NCBI GenBank assembly: GCA_016789025.1
Contig: JAEURC010000013.1
Location: forward strand, 94 to 64,093
Source of the DNA: Anaerolineales bacterium
GTDB lineage: Bacteria; Chloroflexota; Anaerolineae; Anaerolineales; Villigracilaceae
Direction of reading: 5' to 3'
DNA length: 64,000 bases
Shown one piece after another: positions 1-8,770 of this stretch. The notes beneath the pieces were generated by a model. That model was not told where the DNA came from. It saw nothing but the letters and a program-made list of their open reading frames with translations, and searched no databases. Position 1 is the first letter of the stretch, and each line of letters begins with the position of its first letter. The position numbers and the translations under genes were made by a program.

Positions 1-625
1 GGTTGTCGGCGGAGCGCCCCATGGCAAACAGCGCGGAGGTCTGCCAGGCGGGGTCTTCGCGCTTGAACGATGACTCGATCAACGCGATCACCTCAGGGCG
101 GGAGGAAAACCCCAGCGCCTCCAGCGCGCGCCGACGGACTCGCGCATCGTCGTTTCCATTCGCGGCAGACAGCAGTTCATCTTCCACCTGTTGCTTTATC
201 GCAGGAGGGATTTCTTCGAGTTCGCCGAGGGCAACGAACATGCCGAGGTTGGCGGCGGCTTCGGCGCGCGCTTGCGCATCCGTATCCGAATTGAGCAGGT
301 TGATGTACAGTGGAACCAGGCGGGTATCATCCGATTCGCGCAGGAGGCGCAAAGCGCGCCCGCGCACGGCGGCATCCGCGTCGTTGAGAATCGATTTTGC
401 AAAATCGTCGAATGAGACAAGGGTATTCTCTTCGGCGAGCGCTTCCAGTTGTTCAAGCACATTTAATTTGCGTTTGACGCTGACGTGCGACCAAATGTCG
501 CCGAGGGTTTTGAGTTCAAGAGCGCCCATATCGGAGAAATGATGCAAGAATTTGGGGGAAAATTCCTTTTTCTCGTTGAGGAGCGCATCGAGCACAAGTT
601 GAAACGGATTAGGATTTGGGTTCAT
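1..625 (-). CDS. HEAT-like repeat protein, C-terminus beyond window edge (absent from supplied ORF track)
   Basis: Reverse strand from ATG at 623-625 reads MNPNPNPFQLVLDALLNEKKEF...AVRGRALRLLRESDDTRLVPLYINLL...ARVRRRALEALGFSS with no stop down to position 1. The recurring VRxxALxaLg helices are HEAT-like. The + ORF 3..542 is its shadow. Confidence 0.6.
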   Translation of the reverse strand, partial: MNPNPNPFQLVLDALLNEKKEFSPKFLHHFSDMGALELKTLGDIWSHVSVKRKLNVLEQLEALAEENTLVSFDDFAKSILNDADAAVRGRALRLLRESDDTRLVPLYINLLNSDTDAQARAEAAANLGMFVALGELEEIPPAIKQQVEDELLSAANGNDDARVRRRALEALGFSSRPEVIALIESSFKREDPAWQTSALFAMGRSADN

Positions 626-628
626 GGG

Positions 629-1747
629 TTATGGCACAACAATGCCGATCGGGTTGACAAAGTCCATTACGTTGACGTAGATCATGAATAACAACAGCAC
701 GGTCATGCCCAGTCCGTGCACGAGGTTTTCCACGTTGGGAGGAACGCGGCGGCGGAAGATCAATTCCGGCAGGAGGAAGATGATGCGCCCGCCATCCAGC
801 GCGGGGAATGGGAACAGGTTGAAGATGCCGAGACTGATCGAAAGCCCGGCGATGAGTTCAAGCGTGCGTACCGGCTGGTCGGCGGGATCGGCTGTGGCGG
901 CGTTACCAACGTTTGTGTTGGCTGTCGCTTCCATATCGTGACTCACAGTTTGCCCGATGATGTCGTAAATTCCTTTCAAGCCAATCACGCGGCTTTGCTC
1001 GGGGGTGAGGGTGCCGCGAATCATTTGCGCGGGGAGCGAGATCAAATTACGGATGTTGAAATAGGTGTACCTTGCGCCGAGACTGAGCGTTTCCAAGGGC
1101 GAATCAGATCGGACGAAGGGCACACCCAGCCCCACCCCGATCATGACGCGGTTTTGTTCCTCGTCAAATTGCGGCTGGGCAATTAACTCCACTTCCTCTC
1201 CGTTGCGGCTCACGAGGAAGGTCACAGGTTGGTCTTGGCCGGCGTCCACGATCACGCGCAGTTCATCGTAACTGCGGATGGGTTGCCCGTCTCCGCTGAT
1301 GAAAATATCGCCGGCTTGAAAGCCTGCCGTCTGAGCGGGACTTCCATCGACTACCGATGACACCAGCACGCGCGTGGTATCGGGGGCGCCGACACGGTAG
1401 AAAATGAAACTATAGATGAGGACTGCCGTAATCAAGTTCATCAACGGACCGGCAACGAGCACGGCGAAGCGCTTCCACGGGGTTGCCGCCGCCAACCCGC
1501 CCGGCACCGTCGGGTCATTCTCGCCTTTGGGTCTGACGAAGCCTCCGAGCGGGAGCCAGTTCAGCGTGAAGCGCGTTCCCTTCCAGGTGAAGAGGGTGAT
1601 CGCGCCCGGGGTGGGCAAGCCTAGCCCGAATTCTTCCACGTCGATTTTGCACCAACGCGCAACGATGTAGTGCCCGAATTCGTGGATGATGACCATGCCG
1701 CTAAAGGCAAGGATAAAGACAATGGGTGTGAGAATGGTTTCGTTCAT
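629..1747 (-). CDS. rseP: RseP-type site-2 protease (peptidase M50) with PDZ-like segment
   Basis: HEFGHYIVARW zinc motif near the N-terminus, and NLFPFPALDGGRI motif near the C-terminus. Start moved to ATG 1745-1747 (MNETILTPIV, AGGA upstream) from track ORF 629..1933. Confidence 0.85.
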   Translation of the reverse strand: MNETILTPIVFILAFSGMVIIHEFGHYIVARWCKIDVEEFGLGLPTPGAITLFTWKGTRFTLNWLPLGGFVRPKGENDPTVPGGLAAATPWKRFAVLVAGPLMNLITAVLIYSFIFYRVGAPDTTRVLVSSVVDGSPAQTAGFQAGDIFISGDGQPIRSYDELRVIVDAGQDQPVTFLVSRNGEEVELIAQPQFDEEQNRVMIGVGLGVPFVRSDSPLETLSLGARYTYFNIRNLISLPAQMIRGTLTPEQSRVIGLKGIYDIIGQTVSHDMEATANTNVGNAATADPADQPVRTLELIAGLSISLGIFNLFPFPALDGGRIIFLLPELIFRRRVPPNVENLVHGLGMTVLLLFMIYVNVMDFVNPIGIVVP

Positions 1748-2017
1748 GGTTTTCCTTCGTGCGAGGATTATATCGCCAATTGACAAGACGCTCTGAGGCG
1801 CAAAGAAGTTTCTAATACTTTTCATAGGCTGGGGTAGAATTATTTCGTTGCGCGACTCGATCCGAAATAAAACAGGTTGTTGATTCGCTGATGTTACGCA
1901 GTTGAAGCCAGCCTGGTCTCTGTAACGCGACATTCATGTCGCTCTTGCGCAAGAAGTATCGTAACGCGAAATAAATTTCGCGTTACAAAGTTTACTGCAC
2001 TTGAAAGGCAAACTCTC

Positions 2018-2368
2018 ATGACCGATAATAGCTGTCTTTTCTGCAAGATCATTTCAGGCGAAATCCCCGGAACCATCGTGTACCGCGATGAGCAGACAAC
2101 CGCTTTCCGCGACATTAATCCAGTCGCGCCAACGCACATTCTGATCGTGCCGAACCGTCACATCGAGTCGGTTGCCACGCTCGAGGAAGCGGACGAGTCG
2201 TTGATGGGTCATCTTTTCACTGTAGCGCGCGGATTGGCGGAGAAAGAGGGGATTAATAAATCAGGCTATCGTCTGATTGCGAACACCGGTTCAGACGGCG
2301 GGCAGACAGTTTTTCATTTACACGTACATTTGATCGGCGGGCAGAGGATGAAGAATCCGATGGGGTAA
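2018..2368 (+). CDS. HIT (histidine triad) family protein
   Basis: C-terminal HLHVHLIGG histidine triad. Size is typical (116 aa). Confidence 0.9.
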   Translation: MTDNSCLFCKIISGEIPGTIVYRDEQTTAFRDINPVAPTHILIVPNRHIESVATLEEADESLMGHLFTVARGLAEKEGINKSGYRLIANTGSDGGQTVFHLHVHLIGGQRMKNPMG

Positions 2369-2415
2369 ATGAAAAGGATGAAGAATGAAGGATAAAATCT
2401 TTCTTCTTTCATCTT

Positions 2416-2546
2416 TAGACTTTATCCGTAATAAACCCAGAGTCTTCTTTGGGGACGCAGATGAACGCTGATTTCGCTGATTCAGGAAGAAAAATCTGCG
2501 TTTGTCAGCGTGAATCAGCGTCCCGAAGTATTTTTGGATAATGTCT
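2416..2546. repeat. Family-A palindromic MITE-like element, copy A1 (131 bp)
   Basis: TAGACTTTATCCGTAA...TTGGATAATGTCT termini are inverted repeats. Internal GACGCAGATGAACGCTGAT / ATCAGCGT arms. Two mismatches to copy at 3680..3810 by manual alignment. Confidence 0.85.
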
Positions 2547-2555
2547 TTTCATTGT

Positions 2556-2645
2556 CAGTAGATCACGAAAACGCCGCGTAATTTGCGCTCTCCAGCGCAA
2601 ATACGGCGATAGAGACCGCCAAATACGCGCTTTCGTGAAGCACTG
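2556..2645. repeat. Family-C palindromic element, copy C1
   Basis: Terminal inverted repeats CAGTAGATCACGAAA ... TTTCGTGAAGCACTG. The same termini occur at 58369..58434, where they abut a family-A copy. Confidence 0.7.
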
Positions 2646-2688
2646 ATTATCAACTTGAGAAAAGAAGAAGGAGGAAAGACAAACAGGT

Positions 2689-3534
2689 TTACCGCTTATC
2701 CAGCGGGCTCCCCTTCAATTTGCTTTGGGGTTGACCGGCGCGCCATGAATAATAACCAAGCCCGGCGCCAGCGAGCAACAGCAGAATACCGAAAATACCC
2801 AGGATCGAGGACCTACCGCCGCCTTCGCTGTCGGAGGGTTCGCTGATCGTCACCGTTTTGGGTTGCGCGCCAAAATCAACGGAAGCGCGGTCGCCTGCCC
2901 TCACAGTGAAGTTATAACTCATCACCATGGTCGGGTTATAACTATCGGGCACCGCCATGCTGACGTTGTAATCTCCCTGCGGCACATCCTCGAAGCATGA
3001 ACGGTCCGGCTCCAGCGTATCCGGGTCAAATGTGGAAACAGTATTCTTGGTCTCGGCATACGAGCCATTGATGTTCGTCAGGTTGACCGCGCCGCCGTCG
3101 ATGCCGAATTCCGTTTCCTGCCGCAACGCGTCGCCGTTGGCATCGTTGAAGAGCAGGACGCACACGATCGTCGTCCCATCGATCGGCGTGGAGGTGGGCG
3201 TCGGCGAAGGAAGGGTAGGCACAGGTCCGGCGGTAGGCTCAATAGAGATTACGCCGACAACCAGTTGTTGCCCAACTGTCAGAGTGCAATCCTGATCGAG
3301 ACGCGTATTCAACAGGCGAAGTTGCGCGACAGTGATCCCATGCAGGAGCGCCACCTGCCCACAGTTATCCCCAGCCACAACCGTATACAGGATGCGCCCA
3401 TCCGCTCCCGGTGTGGCGGTCACAAATCCCTGCCTGTGCGGCGCGGCGAAAACATGCGTGGAAGAAAAAGCGGCGCCCACAACAAGAATTGAAAGGAATA
3501 CGAAGCAGAAAATGAGTATGGCTCTGCGGTTCAT
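2689..3534 (-). CDS. LysM domain protein with N-terminal signal/anchor and C-terminal TM helix
   Basis: LysM-like block YTVVAGDNCGQVALLHGITVAQLRLLN...LTVGQQLVV. Hydrophobic N-terminus ILIFCFVFLSILVV, PT-rich linker, and C-terminal SILGIFGILLLLAGAGLGYY. Confidence 0.75.
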   Translation of the reverse strand: MNRRAILIFCFVFLSILVVGAAFSSTHVFAAPHRQGFVTATPGADGRILYTVVAGDNCGQVALLHGITVAQLRLLNTRLDQDCTLTVGQQLVVGVISIEPTAGPVPTLPSPTPTSTPIDGTTIVCVLLFNDANGDALRQETEFGIDGGAVNLTNINGSYAETKNTVSTFDPDTLEPDRSCFEDVPQGDYNVSMAVPDSYNPTMVMSYNFTVRAGDRASVDFGAQPKTVTISEPSDSEGGGRSSILGIFGILLLLAGAGLGYYSWRAGQPQSKLKGSPLDKR

Positions 3535-3679
3535 CGGCGGGATTATATCAGGGTTGGTTAGCGCCTCGCGCTCGGCAATTTGAATCGCGAAGCGCGCAAA
3601 GAGCGCAAAGGGAAATCTTTTTTATCTGCGTTCATTTGCGGCTAAAAAGGGATTTCAAAACACTCTCTGAGTAAGACAA

Positions 3680-3810
3680 TAGACTTTATCCGTAATAAGC
3701 CCAGAGTCTTCTTTGGGGACGCAGATGAACGCTGATTTCGCTGATTCAGGAAGAAAAATCTGCGTTTGTCAGCGTGAATCAGCGTCCCGAAGTATTTTCG
3801 GATAATGTCT
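3680..3810. repeat. Family-A palindromic MITE-like element, copy A2
   Basis: Same orientation as A1 and near-identical to it. Lies between the LysM gene start and the tdh-like stop. Confidence 0.85.
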
Positions 3811-3817
3811 AATCTAT

Positions 3818-4831
3818 CTAAGCGTTATATCGCTTCTTGATCTCCGGCAGAAAATAATCGTCGAAGAATCGATCCGCGTCGTATTCCGGTTGCCAGCCCC
3901 ATTCGGCGCGCGCCAACGAATCATCCACATCTTCGGGCCACGAGTCGACAATTCCCTGCCGGCGCGGGTTCGGCTCGAACGAGATCGTTGCGCCGGGGAA
4001 GGCTTTCAACGCGCGGTCGCGGAATTCGCCGGCGGTAAGCGCAAAGGCGGCAATGTTATACACTTGATGATTCAAATTCGCGCGCGGCGCGTCCATCAAC
4101 ATCAACAGCGAGCGGATCGCGTCGGGCATTGCCATGAACGAAATTTTTGCATCCTCGCGCACGAAGCAGGCATAGTGTTTTCCCTGCGCGGCGGCGTGGA
4201 GCATCTCCGGTCCGTAGTCGCTGGTGCCGGCGCTGGGCAGGGTGAAGGCTGAGATCAAGCCGGGGAACCGAATCGAGCGAAAGTCCAGAAAGTGAGGCGG
4301 GTTTTCATCCAAATGTTTTTGTCCGAAAAACTTGCCGTAGTAAATTCCCAGTTTTTCACAATATAACTTATTACATCCATACATCGTTTGCGGCGTGTTG
4401 TATTCATTTTCTTTCACGCGCCCCGCCGATTGTTTCATCGCAAGGTTCCCCATGCCGTATGCCGCGATCGAGCTCGGGAATAAAAACTTCACCGACTTTC
4501 GATATTTCTCCGAACGATATGCGGCGAGCATGAGCAATTGCATCGTGCCTTCCACATTGATGCGATGCGCCTCCTCGCTTGCCACCTCGGCTTTGGAAGA
4601 CAGCGACGCCGCGAGATGAAAGATCACATCGAAATCGTAATCGTAAAACGTTTTGATCTTATAGACCAGATCCCCCTGCACATGCTCCGCGGAAATTTTC
4701 TTGATGCTGTCGGGCAACGGCGCCAGGTCCGACGTGGTGATTTGATATCCTCCGCGCGTCGCCAATGCCTGCACAAGAGCCTGACCAATTTCTCCGCACG
4801 CGCCTGTTACCAACACGTTCTGTTCAGTCAT
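3818..4831 (-). CDS. tdh: NAD-dependent epimerase/dehydratase fold, probable SDR-type L-threonine 3-dehydrogenase
   Basis: N-terminal VLVTGACGEIGQAL Rossmann motif. Blocks FPSSIAAYG, YGCNKLYCEKLGIYY, FRSIRFPGLIS, GTSDYGPEM and DSWPEDVDDSLARAEWGW match the pattern I recall for short-chain TDHs. Confidence 0.65.
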   Translation of the reverse strand: MTEQNVLVTGACGEIGQALVQALATRGGYQITTSDLAPLPDSIKKISAEHVQGDLVYKIKTFYDYDFDVIFHLAASLSSKAEVASEEAHRINVEGTMQLLMLAAYRSEKYRKSVKFLFPSSIAAYGMGNLAMKQSAGRVKENEYNTPQTMYGCNKLYCEKLGIYYGKFFGQKHLDENPPHFLDFRSIRFPGLISAFTLPSAGTSDYGPEMLHAAAQGKHYACFVREDAKISFMAMPDAIRSLLMLMDAPRANLNHQVYNIAAFALTAGEFRDRALKAFPGATISFEPNPRRQGIVDSWPEDVDDSLARAEWGWQPEYDADRFFDDYFLPEIKKRYNA

Positions 4832-4899
4832 ACAATCTCCTTGTATGCTACGAAGTGCCGCATTACGCGGTAGAATGTCGAACGACGATATTGTACTTC

Positions 4900-5679
4900 A
4901 TGCGAACCATACTCATTCTTTTTTTGATCGGATTTCTCACATCATCCTGTTCGCCAGCGGATGCGATTCCCGCCGCCTCCACATTGCCGCCATCGGAGAC
5001 TCCGCTTCCAACGCCAAGTGTAGTCTGGTTCCCCCCGTCAGCGACTCCGACTCTTCAAACGATCTCTACCACGACCTCCACGCCAGAGATGAAACCCGGC
5101 ATCGGCGCGTTGATCCTCAACGACGATTTCTCCGATTTCGCCTCATGGGACACAGCCGTCTCCGATCAAGGGAGCGCCGCCATCAGCCGCAACCGCTTGA
5201 CCATCGTTGTGCAACCGGGTATTTATCTCGCCAGCATGAGGCACGATCTCGCAGTCGGCAACTTCTACGCCGAGATCACCGCGCGAACGAGCACCTGCCG
5301 CGGCGACGACAATTACGGGTTGATCATCCGCGCCGCGGGGAATTCGTTCTACCGCCTTGCTCTCGCCTGCAATGGTTTGGTCTTCGTGGAGCGGGTCAAA
5401 ACCGGGACGCGGTTAACCATCTTCGAGCCGGTCGCCAGCGGAGACGCTCCGCCGGGCGCGCCGGGCGAAGCGCGCATTGGAATTTGGGCGGTGAATGCCG
5501 AGATGCGGGTCTTTCTCAACGGTCGTTTTCAATTCAGCATCATCGATAAAAGTTTTCCCAACGGCGGTTTCGGCGTATACGCGCGTTCGGCGGGCGACAC
5601 CCCGGTTACGGTTACGTTTTCAGATTTAATTGTGTATGATGTGACTTATGAATTCCCGACGAGGACGCCCTCGCCTTAG
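4900..5679 (+). CDS. Hypothetical lipoprotein
   Basis: MRTILILFLIGFLTSSC lipobox at ATG 4900, within track ORF 4765..5679, followed by a PT/ST linker. No family recognised. Confidence 0.6.
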   Translation: MRTILILFLIGFLTSSCSPADAIPAASTLPPSETPLPTPSVVWFPPSATPTLQTISTTTSTPEMKPGIGALILNDDFSDFASWDTAVSDQGSAAISRNRLTIVVQPGIYLASMRHDLAVGNFYAEITARTSTCRGDDNYGLIIRAAGNSFYRLALACNGLVFVERVKTGTRLTIFEPVASGDAPPGAPGEARIGIWAVNAEMRVFLNGRFQFSIIDKSFPNGGFGVYARSAGDTPVTVTFSDLIVYDVTYEFPTRTPSP

Positions 5680-5680
5680 C

Positions 5681-5764
5681 CATGTCACCCTGAGGGAGCG
5701 TTTGTTGCGACCGAAGGGTCTCGTTTGTGGGATTGGAGATGCTTCGCTCCGCTCAGCATGACAT
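5681..5764. repeat. Family-B palindromic element, copy B1
   Basis: ATGTCACCCTGAGGGAGCG ... CGCTCCGCTCAGCATGACAT inverted termini. Related copies at 42421, 50742, 17814 and a half copy at 14521. Confidence 0.8.
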
Positions 5765-5767
5765 ATC

Positions 5768-6574
5768 ATGAAAAATAAATTAAACAACCTCACCAACAAA
5801 GAATGGTTGAAGTTCCAGAAGTCGTGGTTCATCCATAACCCTCCGCCGCGCAAGAAGGGCGTGTTGGTGCATCCCGCCAAATTCCCAGAGACGATGGCGC
5901 AGGAGTTCATCGAGTTCTTCACCAAAGAAGGCGAGACCGTCCTCGACCCCATGGCAGGGACAGGCTCGACCCTCGTCGCCGCATTGCGCGCAGGGCGGAA
6001 CAGTTACGGCATCGAGTTGAATCCCAAATACGCGAAGATCGCGGCGAAAATTATTGAGGATGAAAGAAAAGTGTTGGGAGAGAAGGTCGAAGGTCTAACG
6101 TCGAAGGTCATAAATGGGGATGCCGCAAACGCACTTGACCTTGGACTTGCGACCTTCGACTATGTTTTAACTTCCCCGCCCTACTGGAACATGCTCCGCG
6201 CAAAAGGTTCAGAGAACCAACAGAAACGCCGCGACTCGGCTGAGTTGGATGTCCACTATTCAGATGACCCGAACGATCTGGGAAATATAGAGGATTATGC
6301 AAAGTTCTTGGAGGGGCTGATCGAGATTTACAAACGACTGAAGTCGTTACTACGCGAGAAGGCGTATCTCACGATCATCGTCAAGAACGTGAAGAAGGGC
6401 GGGAAGATTTATCCGCTGGCGTGGGATATTGCGAGAGAGTTGGGAAAGACATACACATTGAAGGATGAAAAAATCTGGCTACAGGATAACCAGTCCCTCG
6501 CGCCGTTCGGGATGGGGTCCGCGTGGGTGAGCAATACGTTCCATCACTATTGTTTGCAGTTTAGGAATGAGTGA
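5768..6574 (+). CDS. SPPY-type amino (N4-C/N6-A) DNA methyltransferase, orphan, permuted motif order
   Basis: HPAKFPETMAQEF...VLDPMAGTGSTLVAALRAGRNSYGIELNP (AdoMet motif I region) precedes FDYVLTSPPYWNM (motif IV). No adjacent nuclease. Confidence 0.65.
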   Translation: MKNKLNNLTNKEWLKFQKSWFIHNPPPRKKGVLVHPAKFPETMAQEFIEFFTKEGETVLDPMAGTGSTLVAALRAGRNSYGIELNPKYAKIAAKIIEDERKVLGEKVEGLTSKVINGDAANALDLGLATFDYVLTSPPYWNMLRAKGSENQQKRRDSAELDVHYSDDPNDLGNIEDYAKFLEGLIEIYKRLKSLLREKAYLTIIVKNVKKGGKIYPLAWDIARELGKTYTLKDEKIWLQDNQSLAPFGMGSAWVSNTFHHYCLQFRNE

Positions 6575-6607
6575 GTGACGGGTTAGGAAAAATAAACGCT
6601 AGTTTAC

Positions 6608-7288
6608 TTACGGGGTAGCGGTTGACGCTTCTGTGGAAATGGGCGTTTCAGTGGGCGGCAAAAGAGTTTCAGTTGGGAAAGCCGGGGATTCTGTAGAAAC
6701 AGGCGTCTCACTTGAAAGCGATTTTTCGATATAGGCGATTAAGTCTTCGAGCAACCATTCATCATCGATTGATATTGCCTTACCGTCGATTATTTGATAT
6801 GGGGAGCTTGTTCCATAATATGCTCCCGGCACAACTTTGGCTGTTGGGCCTGTTTCTAAGAAAAGAAACAGAAGATAAGTCTTTCCAAATTCATAGGTTG
6901 GCGAGCCCGAAAATATCATTCGGTCCTCACCAACCTGTCCACCCATAGTGCGGACGAGCAATGCGTGTTTCTGCGAATTACCTTTTATATACTGACTTAC
7001 ACGAAAGCTAGAGTCTGTAAATATGCTTAGGCGTTGCCGAGAAACCGTCTCCAATGTCGAATTTTCCGGCAACATTCCATTCAATGTACTCCACCGACTA
7101 GGATAAGTTTCTATAAAATCACCAATAGCGATTACGTCTGCCATTGCAATTAGATCATTCGTACTTAATTCGGCTTCAGAGGCATAAACAGTTATCGTAA
7201 TTGGTTCTCGAGCGTGTTGTTTCTGAAAACCAATTCCCACTACGATAACGATTCCAATTATCGCATATAAAAGCACATTCTTTTTCAT
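6608..7288 (-). CDS. Hypothetical membrane-anchored protein (AT-richer islet)
   Basis: N-terminal TM LLYAIIGIVIVVGIGF and T/P/E-rich C-terminal tail. Sits 32 nt downstream of the protease gene on the same strand. Confidence 0.55.
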   Translation of the reverse strand: MKKNVLLYAIIGIVIVVGIGFQKQHAREPITITVYASEAELSTNDLIAMADVIAIGDFIETYPSRWSTLNGMLPENSTLETVSRQRLSIFTDSSFRVSQYIKGNSQKHALLVRTMGGQVGEDRMIFSGSPTYEFGKTYLLFLFLETGPTAKVVPGAYYGTSSPYQIIDGKAISIDDEWLLEDLIAYIEKSLSSETPVSTESPAFPTETLLPPTETPISTEASTATP

Positions 7289-7320
7289 CTCAACCTCTAT
7301 TTACTCATACTAATAATATA

Positions 7321-8577
7321 TTACGGATATTGCCAATTCGCTCCAGTTATGTCGGCAAGCTCAAGCGTGACCTTTTTAGTTTCACCATAAGAAATCCCGT
7401 GCCACATAGTAACATCTCCGCAACCGGTCTCGTAAATATCATCAAGCTTAAGCCAATGGCCAAATTCATGCGTCATAACATTTTGGACATGGTAACTATT
7501 GCTCGCAGGAGGTACGTCGAAATTATCATCCTCATCAAAAGTTGTTGTCACATTTGTAATCACGTTAGGGGAAGCATAAACTGATGTTAAGGCAATGTAC
7601 AAGGCTGATTTATCAATTGGACCTAAATCAATAAAACGTGGACTTTCTTGATCTTGTGACAAAGTAAATTGGCTTGGCGTAATATTAGTCCATGTTAATG
7701 CAGCATTCTGAATAGATGGTATCCAAGATTCTGGAATCGTAGCGCTGTCTATTGAATATTCGATGTCATTATATACAAGCCACGATGCTCCACTTATCCA
7801 GCAGGCCCCGCTTCCATTGTTTTGAGGCGTTCCGGGGACAGGAGTATATGTTATTGAGGTTGGCATACTTGTAGGTGTAAAAGTCTTTGTTGGCGTGAAA
7901 GTTGGTGTTGGAGTATTTGTCGGTGTTGCAACATTAGGATATGTAGCCAGCGTAAGATGCCACTTGTCAGTTCTAACGAGTATTTCAGGGGCAGTTGTAG
8001 TTCTCGAAAACACAACCGTGAAATCATTATACGGATAAGGTTGTCCGGGCACTGTCCAAGTGCCTGACGGATAATCCATGGATGCCAAATCGGAAACGCC
8101 TGAATAATAAATATCGATCTTTCGGTTCGGCATCACCTCGTTTGTAATAGGATACATATTCCACCAGATTGGCACACCCGAATAATAAACCCCGGTATTA
8201 AACTTGATCTTATAGGTGAAATTCGAGCCCATGTTGGTTCGATTATCCCCATATGTGTATGTGATGTCAAAGTCCCAGCGGTAAGGGTCGGTATGTGTTG
8301 TTACCACGGACGCAGAGCAGGTAATGTACGGACCTGATGTACATCCGTACGTTGTGCTTGCGAGTGTCAATCCAGTAAGCGGGGTCGGGGTAAAGGTCGG
8401 CGTGGCAGTATAAGTAGGCGTGAAGGTGAGTGTCGGCGAAGAGGTTGATGTTGGGGTTGAAGTCGGGGGATCCTGAGCAAGAAAAGCAGACGAGACTGTT
8501 CTTGTACGAGATAAAAATAGCAATAGAAACACCATCAACAGGCTTGTTGTTTTTATAACAGCGATCATTTGTTTCAT
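7321..8577 (-). CDS. Secreted zinc metalloprotease (zincin, HEFGHWLKLDD)
   Basis: Signal peptide, PT-rich linkers, and a C-terminal HEFGHWLKLDD motif followed by VTMW (possible Met-turn). Confidence 0.65.
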   Translation of the reverse strand: MKQMIAVIKTTSLLMVFLLLFLSRTRTVSSAFLAQDPPTSTPTSTSSPTLTFTPTYTATPTFTPTPLTGLTLASTTYGCTSGPYITCSASVVTTHTDPYRWDFDITYTYGDNRTNMGSNFTYKIKFNTGVYYSGVPIWWNMYPITNEVMPNRKIDIYYSGVSDLASMDYPSGTWTVPGQPYPYNDFTVVFSRTTTAPEILVRTDKWHLTLATYPNVATPTNTPTPTFTPTKTFTPTSMPTSITYTPVPGTPQNNGSGACWISGASWLVYNDIEYSIDSATIPESWIPSIQNAALTWTNITPSQFTLSQDQESPRFIDLGPIDKSALYIALTSVYASPNVITNVTTTFDEDDNFDVPPASNSYHVQNVMTHEFGHWLKLDDIYETGCGDVTMWHGISYGETKKVTLELADITGANWQYP

Positions 8578-8647
8578 CAGACCCTCTAATAAATCAATTG
8601 ATCCGAAAGCGCATTCATCATTATTCCCCGTGAGTGATGTCAGTTTA

Positions 8648-8657
8648 CCCCCCCCCC
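8648..8657. repeat. C10 (G10 on minus strand) homopolymer in divergent promoter region
   Basis: Ten consecutive C counted in ...GTTTACCCCCCCCCCATTTG..., about 70 nt upstream of the protease start at 8577. Confidence 0.9.
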
Positions 8658-8770
8658 ATTTGATTTTGTCAACCCTATTACGAGCAAACTTGTCAACAAT
8701 TCATTCATGGTAAGATTCTTTATCAAATACAAAGTTTCTACAAAGGCTTGATTTTCCGCAAAATGAATCT

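Noticed and set aside
3-542. 179-aa + strand ORF at the window start, plus overlapping 70..294, 191..415 and 196..462 ORFs
   Set aside because: The Ser/Arg/Ala-rich translation has no motifs. The opposite strand gives a clean HEAT-repeat protein running from ATG 625 to the window edge.
4845-5549. 234-aa + strand ORF overlapping the lipoprotein gene
   Set aside because: It is an alternative frame of 4900..5679 with an Arg/Ser-rich product. The chosen frame has a lipobox and sensible composition.
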